NCBI GenBank assembly: GCA_963805855.1
Contig: CAWDVW010000005.1
Location: forward strand, 320,001-384,000
From: Candidatus Dadabacteria bacterium
GTDB taxonomy: Bacteria; Desulfobacterota_D; UBA1144; Nemesobacterales; CSP1-2
Reading direction: 5' to 3'
Length of the DNA stretch: 64,000 bases
Both the position numbers and the translations under genes were made by a program. The notes beneath the pieces are model-generated. The model was not told where the DNA came from. It made no database searches and saw only the letters and a list, made by a program, of their open reading frames with translations. Below, one piece after another: positions 31,506 through 41,962 of the stretch. Within the stretch, counting starts at the first letter, position 1. Each line of letters opens with the position of its first letter.

Positions 31506-32135
31506 ATGGAGATGGGCTTATTCTTTAAGGGAATAGTTGTAGGAATCATCATAGCTACGCCCGTTGGACCAGTAGGCACGTTGTGCGTGCAGCGCACCCT
31601 TACAGAAGGAAAGATCAGCGGTTTCCTGACGGGACTCGGCGCTACAACCGCCGACGTGATTTTCGGTTTAATCGCGGCTTTTGGATTAACAGTGGTTTCC
31701 AACTTTCTGATTGACCAACAGGAATGGATTCGCCTTTTAGGTGGAATTATAATTTGCCTGATAGGTATAAGGATATTTTTTGTTAACACACGAAAGAAAA
31801 TAACCCCGACCAGAAGCCCAAGTCTTTTTAGTGCATTCGGGTCAGCCTTTTTAATCGCCATTACCAATCCGATCACCATTATTACATTCGCCGTCATGTT
31901 CGCAGGATTTGGATTAGTAGGTTCAAATGCAAAATATGGATCCGCGAGTCTAACAGTCTTCGGGGTATTCGTCGGTTCAGGCTTGATATGGCTCACGCTG
32001 TGGGGTATGAGTTTAATGTTTCGTGAAAGGTTCGACTTCGGCAGGATGAAGTGGGTAAATAAGATTGCCGGAATTGTAATTTTGATCTTTGGTGTCTCAA
32101 CCCTATTAAGCTTGATATCGTTTCCAACTTATTAA
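31506..32135 (+). CDS. LysE family translocator
   Basis: PVGPVG.LC, GLGATTAD and TNPITI. Hydrophobic protein. Confidence 0.9.
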   Translation: MEMGLFFKGIVVGIIIATPVGPVGTLCVQRTLTEGKISGFLTGLGATTADVIFGLIAAFGLTVVSNFLIDQQEWIRLLGGIIICLIGIRIFFVNTRKKITPTRSPSLFSAFGSAFLIAITNPITIITFAVMFAGFGLVGSNAKYGSASLTVFGVFVGSGLIWLTLWGMSLMFRERFDFGRMKWVNKIAGIVILIFGVSTLLSLISFPTY

Positions 32136-32222
32136 TAACGTCAATGACATCCACCCCTAGAAATCAGTAATGGCTTGCCGATCAATGTTGAATTGAATTG
32201 GTATCATACTTAAATTAAGTAC

Positions 32223-32648
32223 ATGATCAAAATCACAGAGAAGATTTCCGTTAATGAAAACGAAATAAAAGAGGAATTTATACGTTCTTCTGGTCCGGGG
32301 GGGCAAAATGTGAACAGGGTTGCCACTGCGGTGCAGCTAAGGTTCGATGTGGCTAATTCGCCGAGCTTACCATCCGATGTTCGTAATCGGCTGTTGCGTA
32401 TCGCTGGCAAAAGGGCGACCGAAGAGGGAATCTTAATAATCGAAGCCCGTCGGTACCGGTCACAGGAAAAAAACAGAAAAGATGCTTTGGATCGTCTCAT
32501 CACATTGATAGTTAAAGCCGCTCAAAAGCCGAAAATGAGACGCAAAACAAAACCCACGTATGAATCAATAAGAAGACGGCTTGAATCTAAGCGTCGCAGG
32601 AGCCGAATCAAAAAGATGAGACGGCTCGCCGCGGAATCCGAAATATAA
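32223..32648 (+). CDS. arfB: Alternative ribosome rescue peptidyl-tRNA hydrolase ArfB
   Basis: RSSGPGGQNVN, RSQ..N and a basic C-terminal tail. Confidence 0.95.
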   Translation: MIKITEKISVNENEIKEEFIRSSGPGGQNVNRVATAVQLRFDVANSPSLPSDVRNRLLRIAGKRATEEGILIIEARRYRSQEKNRKDALDRLITLIVKAAQKPKMRRKTKPTYESIRRRLESKRRRSRIKKMRRLAAESEI

Positions 32649-32704
32649 AATCACAAATCGACATGCACTAAGATATTAATTTAAAAACATTAATAAAGAA
32701 CAAT

Positions 32705-33550
32705 ATGAGTATCAAAAAGTTGAGTTCACTAATTACCCTTTGCTTTGCACTTGGGCTTTATGTCGGTGAAGCGACGGCTCAACAGCAGCAGCTCCCCAAA
32801 CTCTCAAAGGAAGAGTTACACGAAATAGGTAATCTTATTTATATTAACGAATGTGGAGGAAAAGCCGAAAACCTTATCGCCTGGAATGAAGGCGAAGAAT
32901 TCCCGTCTCTAGGTATAGGTCACTTCATATGGTATCCCAGCGGTAAAGAAGGACCGTTCCAGGAGACTTTTCCAACGCTATTAGAGTTTTATAAATTCAA
33001 CAATATAGAACCTCCTTCCTGGATCGCTAATTTGCCAAATAAGGATTCACCTTGGAATAGCCGCCAAGAGTTCATAAATGACTTAAACAGCAAAAGGATG
33101 ATTGAACTAAGACAATTCCTGATAGATACTATTCCTGTTCAGACCTCTTTCTTAGTAAATCGATTTCAAATCTCGCTAGATAATCTGCTGGAGTACTCTC
33201 CCAAAGAATTACATGATCATATCAAGACCCAATTCTACCGCGTAGCAAACTCGCCTATGGGAATGTATGCCCTCATCGATTATGTAAATTTCAAAGGCGA
33301 AGGAACAAATCCATCAGAACGCTATATGGGAGAGGGTTGGGGTCTCCTCCAAATACTGGAAGAGATGAATGGAACTGAGACTGGAATCCCTGCAGTAAAA
33401 GAATTTGTTGAAGCCGCCGACAAGGTTCTGGAGAGGCGTGTAGAGAATTCGCCACCGGAACGTAACGAAAAGAAATGGCTCCCAGGCTGGAAAAACAGGC
33501 TGAGCACATACATGCCCAAAATTACTAACGACTCAAATAACATCTATTAA
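32705..33550 (+). CDS. Secreted hypothetical protein (possible lysozyme-like fold)
   Basis: Signal peptide ending ATA. NE...WNEGE.FPSLGIGHFIW, DYVNFKGEG and GWKNRL. Confidence 0.75.
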   Translation: MSIKKLSSLITLCFALGLYVGEATAQQQQLPKLSKEELHEIGNLIYINECGGKAENLIAWNEGEEFPSLGIGHFIWYPSGKEGPFQETFPTLLEFYKFNNIEPPSWIANLPNKDSPWNSRQEFINDLNSKRMIELRQFLIDTIPVQTSFLVNRFQISLDNLLEYSPKELHDHIKTQFYRVANSPMGMYALIDYVNFKGEGTNPSERYMGEGWGLLQILEEMNGTETGIPAVKEFVEAADKVLERRVENSPPERNEKKWLPGWKNRLSTYMPKITNDSNNIY

Positions 33551-33556
33551 AAAATT

Positions 33557-34174
33557 ATGGGCCTATACAAAAAATACGTATTCCCCTGGTTATGTAATCT
33601 TGCGATGTCAAGAGAATTCTTGGAGAAATATCGTAAGAATCTGCTCTCAGATGTTGATGGAAATATTCTCGAAATTGGCTTTGGCACGGGTATAAATCTT
33701 CCTTTCTATCCAGATCATGTCAGGAAAATAACAGTGGTAGAACCCAACCAAGGAATGAATCCAAAGGCCATGAAGCGAGTTGAATCATCCGGGGTCCAGG
33801 TGGATTTCCAAAAGATAAATGCGGACTCCCTACCCTTTGCTGACAGTGCTTTTGACAGCATCGTTAGCACATTTACACTGTGCAGCATCGAAAACGTCAG
33901 CAAGGCCCTCTCGGAAATCGAAAGGGTTTTAAAACGAGGCGGCCGTTTCTTCTTTCTCGAACATGGTCTGAGCCCCGATCAACATGTGGTAAAATGGCAA
34001 AATCGATTAAACCCAGTCAATCATATATTCGCCGATGGTTGCAATTTGAACCGAGACATTAAAAATATAATCGCCTCAACTAATTTAAATATCTCTGAGT
34101 TGGAAAACTTTTATCTGGAAAAAACCCCCAGTTTTGGCGGTTACATGTACAAAGGAGTCGCAGATAAGCAATGA
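33557..34174 (+). CDS. Class I SAM-dependent methyltransferase (type 11)
   Basis: LEIGFGTG, LPFADSAFD, TLCS and LEHG. Confidence 0.9.
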   Translation: MGLYKKYVFPWLCNLAMSREFLEKYRKNLLSDVDGNILEIGFGTGINLPFYPDHVRKITVVEPNQGMNPKAMKRVESSGVQVDFQKINADSLPFADSAFDSIVSTFTLCSIENVSKALSEIERVLKRGGRFFFLEHGLSPDQHVVKWQNRLNPVNHIFADGCNLNRDIKNIIASTNLNISELENFYLEKTPSFGGYMYKGVADKQ

Positions 34175-34492
34175 ATAACCCTGCCGCAACCCAGAGGGTA
34201 TCAGCACACAGAGAAATAGTCTCTCCGGTTGCTGCCAGCAGACCTGAGAAAAATCGAGGGGGAAGGCGAAGCAACCCGAAACATGAATAAAAAGATGAGA
34301 TTGCTTCGGGGAAAAACTCCTCGCACAAACGGAATGGGAGCAGGCTATATGGAATTCGCCAGTGAAAATTTAAGATATACAAAAAAAATTAGTTATAATT
34401 TATGAATTAATCTGCAATTTCAAAATGAACTACATTTCCATATAATTGCATCCTATTTCAGAAAGTAATTCTCTAGCATAGAGAATCTGACA

Positions 34493-37400
34493 ATGAAAAA
34501 ATCAGCATTATTGACGGGAATTATCCTACTTTTCATTTCATCGACAACATTTTCTCAAACCATGGAGAACCATCAACCGGATGCACTCATGCTACGTTTC
34601 CCTGACGTGAGTGCCGATAACATTGTATTCGTGTATGCCGGCGACCTGTGGACTGTGCCTCTTGAAGGAGGTATTGCGAGGAAACTAACCTCTGCCAAGG
34701 GACACGAACTGTTTCCAAAGTTCTCACCGGACGGCAAATCAATAGCATTCAGCGGGAACTATGACGGGAATATCGATATTTATGTCATCCCTACCGGCGG
34801 CGGAATTCCAGAGAGATTAACCCATCACCCGGAAGATGATGTTGTCGTCGATTGGTATCCCGATGGAAAGAACATCCTCCTTCGTTCAAAGATGATGAGT
34901 CCGCTTAGTCGCTTCAACCGCTTCTTCAGGCAATCAATTGACGGCGGATTGCCAGAACCATTACCCCTTGCTTATGGAGAATTAGCCAGCTTTAGCCCAG
35001 ATGGAAATCATATGGCTTTTCAATTTATCTCTGCGGGCTCCCAGACATGGAAGCGATATCGTGGAGGGATGGCAAGCGATATATGGCTCTACAACTTCCA
35101 GAATAATACCTCGGAAAAAATAACAGAATTTCAAGGCACTGACGGTATGCCAATGTGGCATGATGACACAATCTACTTTCTTTCAGATCGAGGCCCCATG
35201 AAAAAGTTAAACATCTGGGCCTACGATATAAAAACAAAGGATTCCAGGCAGGTGACTAAATTTGATGAATACGACGTAAAATGGCCAAGCCTGGGTCCCG
35301 ACTCGATTGTCTTTGAAAACGGCGGAAAGCTATTCGTACTCAATCTCAAAGATGAAACCACAAATAAAGTCGAAGTCGAGATTCCCTCAGACTTACCGGA
35401 TATTCGTCCCACACTAAAAGATGTAGGGAAATCTATCACAACTTTCGACCTTTCTCCTAATGGTAAGAGAGCGGTTTTTGAGGCTAGAGGTGAAATATTA
35501 ACCGTTCCGGAAAAACAGGGTCGTATAAAAAACCTGACCAATTCTTCAGGCATAGCAGAAAGATACCCCACCTGGTCACCCGATGGGAAGTTCATAGTTT
35601 ATTTCTCGGACCGCGCCGGAGAATACGAGTTATATATCCGCCCAAGCGACGGAAGCGGAAAGGAAAAACAAATTGCAAACATCGGGAAAGGTTTTCCAAA
35701 ATCGCCGGTTTGGTCTCCGGACAGCAAGCTTATCGCTTTCAGTGATAACATCGGAAACTTGTATGTTCTTAACCTTGACGATAACGCACCTAAAGTAATC
35801 GATAAGGACGAATGGGAGCTTATTAACTCTTATTCTTGGTCTCCAGACAGCAGATGGCTCGCATATTCGAAAAAGATATCTAATGGTCAAGGCTCTATCG
35901 TGATTTACGATGTGAAACAGAATAAGACACATCAGGTCACAGGTGATTATTACGATGATATGTCGCCGGTGTTCGATCCCAGCGGCAAATACCTCTTCTT
36001 TTATTCAAATAGGAGCTTTAAACCTGTTTACAGTGACATTGATGATACATGGGTCTATCCCAACTCTACCGAAATCTATGCCGCTACTCTTAGAAAAGAT
36101 ATAGAATCACCGCTAGCCCCTCAAAGTGATGAAGAGGAGATGAGTGAAGATAAAAAAAGCGATGCAGATGAAAAGAATACGGAAAATAATGAAATAGATT
36201 TTGACGGGTTTGAAAGACGCATTTTCAAACTCCCGGTTGATGGCGGTAACTTCGGCCGGCTCGCTGCTGTTGAAGGCAAAGTTGTCTATGTTAGATACCC
36301 AGCTGCTGGTTCTTCAGATCCGGATAGTCCGGAGGGCAAAATTCAGTATTACGAAATCAACGAAGGAAAAGAAAAAACCATAATACAAAACGTGGATACT
36401 TTCATAGCTTCCGCGAATGGCAAAAAGCTGATATACAAGAGTAACTCCACCTACGGCATTATCGATCTCGCGGAGAACAAAAAGGCCGGTGATGATACCA
36501 TTCCTACCGATCAGATGAAGGTATGGATCGATCCCCTGGAGGAGTGGAAACAGATCTTTAACGAGTCCTGGCGAATCGAGCGTGACTTTTTCTACGATCC
36601 AAACATGCACGGCGTCGATTGGCAAACAATTAAAAACCGTTATGAAGCGCTTTTACCTTATGTCGTAGATAGAGAAGACCTCAATTATGTGATAGGAGAG
36701 ATGATCTCAGAACTCAACAGTTCACACACCTACGTTGGCGGTGGTGATATTGATCAACCGGAGCAAATCTCGGTTGGCCTTTTAGGATGCGACTTTGAAT
36801 TGGACAAAGAAAACAATGCGTATCGGATAAAAAAGATATACAACGGCGCGGCTTGGGATGCTGGTGTACGTTCGCCCCTCGTCGAGCCCGGAATAAATGT
36901 CAGTGAAGGAGAATACCTGCTCGCAGTTAACGGTAAGCCGCTGGATACGTCGATGGATCCCTGGTACGCCTTTCAAGGTCTTGCAAACCAAATTGTAACA
37001 ATCTCAGTATACTCCTCCCCGACACTGAAAGGCTCAAGAGAGATTCTAATCAAACCATTATCCAAGGAGGATGACCAGCAACTACGCTACCTCTCCTGGG
37101 TTGAGAACAACCGAAAAACGGTAGAAGACAAGACTAGAGGTCGTGTGGGGTATGTTTATGTCCCAGATACGGGAAGAAATGGCCAAAATGAACTTGTACG
37201 ACAATTTACACCGCAGAGATTTAAAGACGGTCTGATAATAGACGAAAGATTCAACAGCGGGGGTCAAATACCGGATCGATTTATCGAATTACTTAATCGC
37301 CCCATTTTAAACTTCTGGGCAAGGCGTGATCAGAGAGATTTGCAGACTCCTACCATATCCCACAATGGCCCCAAGGTGATGATAATAAACGGTTGGTCGG

Positions 37401-37753
37401 GCTCGGGCGGCGATGCCTTTCCCTACTACTTCCGGAAGGCTGGGTTAGGGAAGCTTGTTGGAACGAGAACCCTTGGAGGCCTTATCGGAATTGGCGGCAG
37501 CCCCAACCTGATAGATGGAGGATTTGTTACAGCACCGAGCTACGCTTTTTGGAATTCAGACGGCAAGTGGGAGATTGAGGGATTCGGTGTGAAGCCCGAC
37601 TATGAAGTTGAGAACTCTCCCCAAGAAGTGGCTCCTGGCAACGACCGGCAACTAAACAAAGCAATTGAGGTTGTTTTAGATATTTTAGAAAAGAATCATC
37701 TTCAAACACCCAAAAGACCTACATACCCGGATCGATCAGGTATGGTAAATTAA
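34493..37753 (+). CDS. Tricorn protease (S41 family) with PD40 propellers and PDZ domain
   Basis: Signal peptide, PKFSPDGK repeats, ELNSSH, DERFNSGG, SGSGGD and GTRTLGG. Confidence 0.95.
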   Translation: MKKSALLTGIILLFISSTTFSQTMENHQPDALMLRFPDVSADNIVFVYAGDLWTVPLEGGIARKLTSAKGHELFPKFSPDGKSIAFSGNYDGNIDIYVIPTGGGIPERLTHHPEDDVVVDWYPDGKNILLRSKMMSPLSRFNRFFRQSIDGGLPEPLPLAYGELASFSPDGNHMAFQFISAGSQTWKRYRGGMASDIWLYNFQNNTSEKITEFQGTDGMPMWHDDTIYFLSDRGPMKKLNIWAYDIKTKDSRQVTKFDEYDVKWPSLGPDSIVFENGGKLFVLNLKDETTNKVEVEIPSDLPDIRPTLKDVGKSITTFDLSPNGKRAVFEARGEILTVPEKQGRIKNLTNSSGIAERYPTWSPDGKFIVYFSDRAGEYELYIRPSDGSGKEKQIANIGKGFPKSPVWSPDSKLIAFSDNIGNLYVLNLDDNAPKVIDKDEWELINSYSWSPDSRWLAYSKKISNGQGSIVIYDVKQNKTHQVTGDYYDDMSPVFDPSGKYLFFYSNRSFKPVYSDIDDTWVYPNSTEIYAATLRKDIESPLAPQSDEEEMSEDKKSDADEKNTENNEIDFDGFERRIFKLPVDGGNFGRLAAVEGKVVYVRYPAAGSSDPDSPEGKIQYYEINEGKEKTIIQNVDTFIASANGKKLIYKSNSTYGIIDLAENKKAGDDTIPTDQMKVWIDPLEEWKQIFNESWRIERDFFYDPNMHGVDWQTIKNRYEALLPYVVDREDLNYVIGEMISELNSSHTYVGGGDIDQPEQISVGLLGCDFELDKENNAYRIKKIYNGAAWDAGVRSPLVEPGINVSEGEYLLAVNGKPLDTSMDPWYAFQGLANQIVTISVYSSPTLKGSREILIKPLSKEDDQQLRYLSWVENNRKTVEDKTRGRVGYVYVPDTGRNGQNELVRQFTPQRFKDGLIIDERFNSGGQIPDRFIELLNRPILNFWARRDQRDLQTPTISHNGPKVMIINGWSGSGGDAFPYYFRKAGLGKLVGTRTLGGLIGIGGSPNLIDGGFVTAPSYAFWNSDGKWEIEGFGVKPDYEVENSPQEVAPGNDRQLNKAIEVVLDILEKNHLQTPKRPTYPDRSGMVN

Positions 37754-37948
37754 AACCAATTTCAGACATCAATCCCGAATTTAGCTATTTTCGCTATTTC
37801 CAGAAGAAAATACGGACAGATGTCCCTATTTTACTCAATCTTGATTATGCTTCGCATTTAAATATAATTTTAACCCGTTAAAATGATTTTATTTCAAACT
37901 GCATTACTGCAAATTTAGCTATGATTGCCGCTTTATTACCAAATTATC

Positions 37949-38773
37949 ATGAATGATCAAGAATCGGAATTAAATCGATCTCCGAGCACAAATTTTCCCG
38001 AAAAAAAAGACCAGAGTGCGATTGAAAATTACAAACCACTGAATCCTCCAACCAGCATCATTGGCAAAACAATCGCTGCTTTCATTGATTGGGTAGAAAA
38101 AGTACTTATAAAATTCTCCCTTAATGGAAATCCGCCAATCTACGAAAATTCAACCTTTCCCTGGTCTCTGGAAATCGAGAAAGAGTGGAAAACAATCAGA
38201 AAAGAGCTCGATGCCGTTATGGAGCGGAGGGAAGAGTTACCAAGCTTTCACGAGATCATGAGCGAGGTGAAAACGATCACAGAGGATGATCATTGGAAGA
38301 CTTTTTTCCTCGCGGGCTTTGGTCTCGAGAGTAAAGAGAACTGTAGAAGATGTCCGGAGACAGCACGAATACTGAAAAAAATCCCAGGGATGAAAACCGC
38401 TTTTTTCTCAATACTTTCCCCAAATAAACATATTCCCCCGCACCGGGGAGCATACAATGGTGTTCTCCGCTATCATTTGGGTCTCATCGTACCTGAGCCC
38501 ATCGAAAAGTGTCGAATCCGTATTGGCAAAGAAATTACGCACTGGGAAGAAGGTAAAAGCCTTATATTTGATGACTCTTTCAATCATGAGGTATGGAATG
38601 AAACAGCCGGACATAGGGCGGTCTTATTCGTGGACTTTGAGAGACCTGTAAAATTTCCCTTCAACCTTCTAAACAAGCTCCTCCTGAATGCCGCCATCTT
38701 CAGTCCGTTCATTAGAGAAGCCCAGGAAAACCAGAAGAAGTGGGAAAAGAGATTCTATGGTCAGAGATCCTGA
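37949..38773 (+). CDS. Aspartyl/asparaginyl beta-hydroxylase family dioxygenase (LpxO-like)
   Basis: FFSIL.P.KHIPPHRG, LRYHLGL and W.EG..LIFDDSFNHEVWN. Confidence 0.9.
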   Translation: MNDQESELNRSPSTNFPEKKDQSAIENYKPLNPPTSIIGKTIAAFIDWVEKVLIKFSLNGNPPIYENSTFPWSLEIEKEWKTIRKELDAVMERREELPSFHEIMSEVKTITEDDHWKTFFLAGFGLESKENCRRCPETARILKKIPGMKTAFFSILSPNKHIPPHRGAYNGVLRYHLGLIVPEPIEKCRIRIGKEITHWEEGKSLIFDDSFNHEVWNETAGHRAVLFVDFERPVKFPFNLLNKLLLNAAIFSPFIREAQENQKKWEKRFYGQRS

Positions 38774-38853
38774 ATATTAAAAGGTCACAACATCAAGATT
38801 TCAACAACGGATAATTTAGGTTAACCAACCTCGACAATCTCCAAGAGTTGTTA

Positions 38854-39882
38854 ATGAAGATCGATAATAAACTTAAACAATTTATCCTCGGTATACCCAA
38901 GGCCGAGCTTCATGTACACATTGAAGGTACCCTCGAACCTGAATTAGCGTTTGCGATTGCCGAACGAAACAATTTATCGCTTCCATTTAAATCTCCTGAA
39001 CAATTGAGGAAGGCGTATAATTTTAATAATCTACAATCATTTCTCAATCTATATTATGCAGTCTCCAGGGTCCTTCAACATGAGAAAGACTTTTACGATC
39101 TAGCAATGGCTTATTTCAGGAAGGCTCATTTGGAAACCGTTCGACATACCGAAATCTTTCTTGACCCTCAGACACATACACAAAGAGGAGTACCCTTTAA
39201 AACATTCATTAAAGGTATAGGCAAGGCTTCGATCGACGCCGAAATGGAGTTCGGTATTTCTACAAAGCTTATCATGTGCTTCCTGCGCGACCTCAGCGCA
39301 CAATCCGCCATGGAGACACTGACACAGGCACTTATTTTCAAGGATTGGATAACAGGGGTGGGACTCGACTCTTCCGAGTTAGGTAATCCGCCAGAAAGAT
39401 TCAAAAATGTCTTTGATAGGGCGCGCCAGGAGGGATTTTTAACAGTCGCTCACGCCGGTGAAGAAGGGCCGCCCGAATACATATGGCAAGCTTTGGAAGC
39501 ACTCAAAGTGTCTAGGATCGATCATGGTGTTCGTTGCATCGAAGACCCTGAACTGGTAGAAAAATTAAAATCAGACCGCATACCTTTGACTGTCTGCCCG
39601 ATTTCGAATGTGAAGCTTGGCCTGTTTAACACAATAAGAGAACACAATTTGAAGAAGTTGCTGGACTTGGCACTGTGTGTGACAGTAAACTCAGATGACC
39701 CCGCTTATTTGGGTGGCTATATATTTGAGAACTATATGGCAGTTACAGAAGCGCTAGGTCTCGATAAGAATGATCTATACCAGATAGCGAAAAACTCCTT
39801 TGAAGCTTCATTTTTGACTCAAGAAAAAAAACAGAATTATATAGCTGAGCTTGATAATTACATGTCGGAATATAAAGATTAG
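38854..39882 (+). CDS. add: Adenosine/adenine deaminase
   Basis: PKAELHVHIEG, AHAGEEG, RIDHG and NSDDP. Confidence 0.92.
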   Translation: MKIDNKLKQFILGIPKAELHVHIEGTLEPELAFAIAERNNLSLPFKSPEQLRKAYNFNNLQSFLNLYYAVSRVLQHEKDFYDLAMAYFRKAHLETVRHTEIFLDPQTHTQRGVPFKTFIKGIGKASIDAEMEFGISTKLIMCFLRDLSAQSAMETLTQALIFKDWITGVGLDSSELGNPPERFKNVFDRARQEGFLTVAHAGEEGPPEYIWQALEALKVSRIDHGVRCIEDPELVEKLKSDRIPLTVCPISNVKLGLFNTIREHNLKKLLDLALCVTVNSDDPAYLGGYIFENYMAVTEALGLDKNDLYQIAKNSFEASFLTQEKKQNYIAELDNYMSEYKD

Positions 39883-40077
39883 CTGAACAATCGTTTACAA
39901 TTCTCGTACTGTAATAATTATAAATAATCTCCCCTCCCGCCTGAGCTGGGGATTGGAGATGAGGGGTAAGTGTTTGGATTGTAGGTACTGATTCACATAT
40001 CAGTCCGAATGATTACGCTCCTGATCGGGGCCGTTCGGGGAACGGGCGTTACATTCTTAGCGATGATTTCTTAAGTG

Positions 40078-40506
40078 CTACTGCAGACTTTTGTCCTTAA
40101 TTTCAAGATCAGCTATTGGAATGGGCGAGGCATGGTGTAAGACCATTAACCATTCAGAATCACGCCTCTCGAAGATATTAGTCGATTGAGATATATTTAC
40201 TGAAGCAGGGATTCTATTCTTATATATAAGCTTCTGAATGCAGGTAAGCCAGGCAACATTCCCTCTCACCTCAACCGTTACATTTGCGAGTTCCACGTCC
40301 AACTGGTCCCTCGGATCAAACACATTTTCCCAGCTCTGCCTAAGTGCGTCCCACCCCTTCAGCATTATCCAACCCGGATGAACACAACCCACCCTGGATT
40401 CACGAACCCAGACACTGTCCATCAACTGAAGATCCCTGGTCCCCAACGCTCTATAAAACCTTTCATTAACCTTCAACACTTCTTCTCTATCGGAATTAGC
40501 CGACAT
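40078..40506 (-). CDS. NTF2/SnoaL-like domain protein
   Basis: NERFYRAL...M..VW, CVHPGW..L.G and W.MVLHHAS. Confidence 0.88.
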   Translation of the reverse strand: MSANSDREEVLKVNERFYRALGTRDLQLMDSVWVRESRVGCVHPGWIMLKGWDALRQSWENVFDPRDQLDVELANVTVEVRGNVAWLTCIQKLIYKNRIPASVNISQSTNIFERRDSEWLMVLHHASPIPIADLEIKDKSLQ

Positions 40507-40704
40507 ATTTACTCCTTTTTTTGATCATCAACTGAGTCAAGTCCCACCCATTGAAGCAGATCTTCAAGTCATATCAATATAAGGACTTGAAATGCCAAAA
40601 AAACTTATGTCCTCATGTACATTCAATTCTGTCGGTTCACAATATAATAAGTATTATTAAATACAGAAGAACGTTATATATTAACATACATTTAAACATA
40701 GGAG

Positions 40705-41379
40705 ATGGTGATGGGAACACAATTCACTGAAGTGATGTGGAGAGAAATTGTACCGATCTACCGGTCAATTCTTACACACCCTTTTATCAAAGGGCTTACT
40801 GACGGCTCGCTAAATCGGAAAAGCTTTAAGTTCTATATTCTCCAGGACGCCCTCTATTTGCGTGAGTTCGCAAAATCGTTGAGTATTGCAGCAGCCAAGT
40901 CTCCGGTAGAAGATTGGATAATAATGTTCAACGAACACTCCGCGGGAGCACTGAAGGTTGAACGTTCTCTTCATGAAAGTTTTTTTCGAGATTTTGGGAT
41001 CAGCCCGAAAGCGGTCAGCAGAACTCCCCTAGCCCCGACAAACCTTGCATACACCAGCTATCTTCTTTCAGTAGCATACTCCTCTCCGTTTCATGAAGTT
41101 GTAGGCGCACTCCTTCCCTGCTACTGGATTTATTGGGAGGTGGGTAAAGCCCTAATTTCAAAGGGTTCCCCTAACTCGCTTTACCAGAGGTGGATAGACA
41201 CCTATGGTGGAGAAGAATTTGCAGATGTCGTAAAAGCCGTCTTAAGTCTAACAAACAGAATCTCAAAGAAATTAAATGAAGATGAAAAAAATGGCATGAA
41301 AACTCATTTTGTAACGACAAGCAGATACGAGTGGATGTTCTGGGATATGGGATATAGAAAAGAGGAGTGGCCGGTGTGA
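40705..41379 (+). CDS. tenA: Thiaminase II / TenA
   Basis: HPF...L.DG.L, YILQDALYL, LLPCYWIY, YQRWIDTY and EWMFWD. Confidence 0.93.
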   Translation: MVMGTQFTEVMWREIVPIYRSILTHPFIKGLTDGSLNRKSFKFYILQDALYLREFAKSLSIAAAKSPVEDWIIMFNEHSAGALKVERSLHESFFRDFGISPKAVSRTPLAPTNLAYTSYLLSVAYSSPFHEVVGALLPCYWIYWEVGKALISKGSPNSLYQRWIDTYGGEEFADVVKAVLSLTNRISKKLNEDEKNGMKTHFVTTSRYEWMFWDMGYRKEEWPV

Positions 41380-41427
41380 AAACTCCGGCATCGAAAGAAC
41401 TTATATCGGATGAATTTATGAAACTTG

Positions 41428-41958
41428 CTACTCAATATTGTAAATACTTGGAAGGTTCCTCCCCTCTTCGCCCATGTCCAATCCATAGCCCACGACGAAT
41501 CCTTCTTCAAGCTCGAATCCCACATAATCCAGCGTGACATTCACCTCTCTTCTTTGTTTTAAATCTATTAAAGCACAAATCCTGTATGAAGCAGGGTTTC
41601 TCTCAAGTATCCGATCACTGATGAATTTAAGTGTAATACCTGTATCTACTATGTCCTCGACCAGGATTACATGCCTACCCCTAATAGGCATAGATAGATC
41701 CATAATAAGATCAATTTCCCCGGGCTTCATTCCACTCTTATAAGTCGAAATACGAATAAAATCTATCTGTACGGAGAGATCGATGTGCCTCATCAGGTCT
41801 GAGAGAAAAACAAACGCTCCCTTTAGAATCCCAACGAGTATCGGAGCCTTCCCCTTATAGTCATCGGTAATTTGTCTTCCGAGCTCAGCGACCCTTTTAT
41901 TGATCGCCTTTTCGGACATAACACGCTTGAGCGTCCTTCCTTGGATTTCTGTGATCAT
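41428..41958 (-). CDS. hpt: Hypoxanthine phosphoribosyltransferase
   Basis: GILKGAFVF, VILVEDIVDTG and FVVGYGLD. Confidence 0.95.
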   Translation of the reverse strand: MITEIQGRTLKRVMSEKAINKRVAELGRQITDDYKGKAPILVGILKGAFVFLSDLMRHIDLSVQIDFIRISTYKSGMKPGEIDLIMDLSMPIRGRHVILVEDIVDTGITLKFISDRILERNPASYRICALIDLKQRREVNVTLDYVGFELEEGFVVGYGLDMGEEGRNLPSIYNIE

Positions 41959-41962
41959 TCTA

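Noticed and set aside
40530-40600. TPP riboswitch upstream of tenA (CTGAG...ACCCATTGAAGCAGATC resembles part of the core)
   Set aside because: It lacks the 5' P1/P2 G-rich strand, the exact CUGAGA and the 3' GCGNAGGGA. An Rfam RF00059 scan would be decisive.
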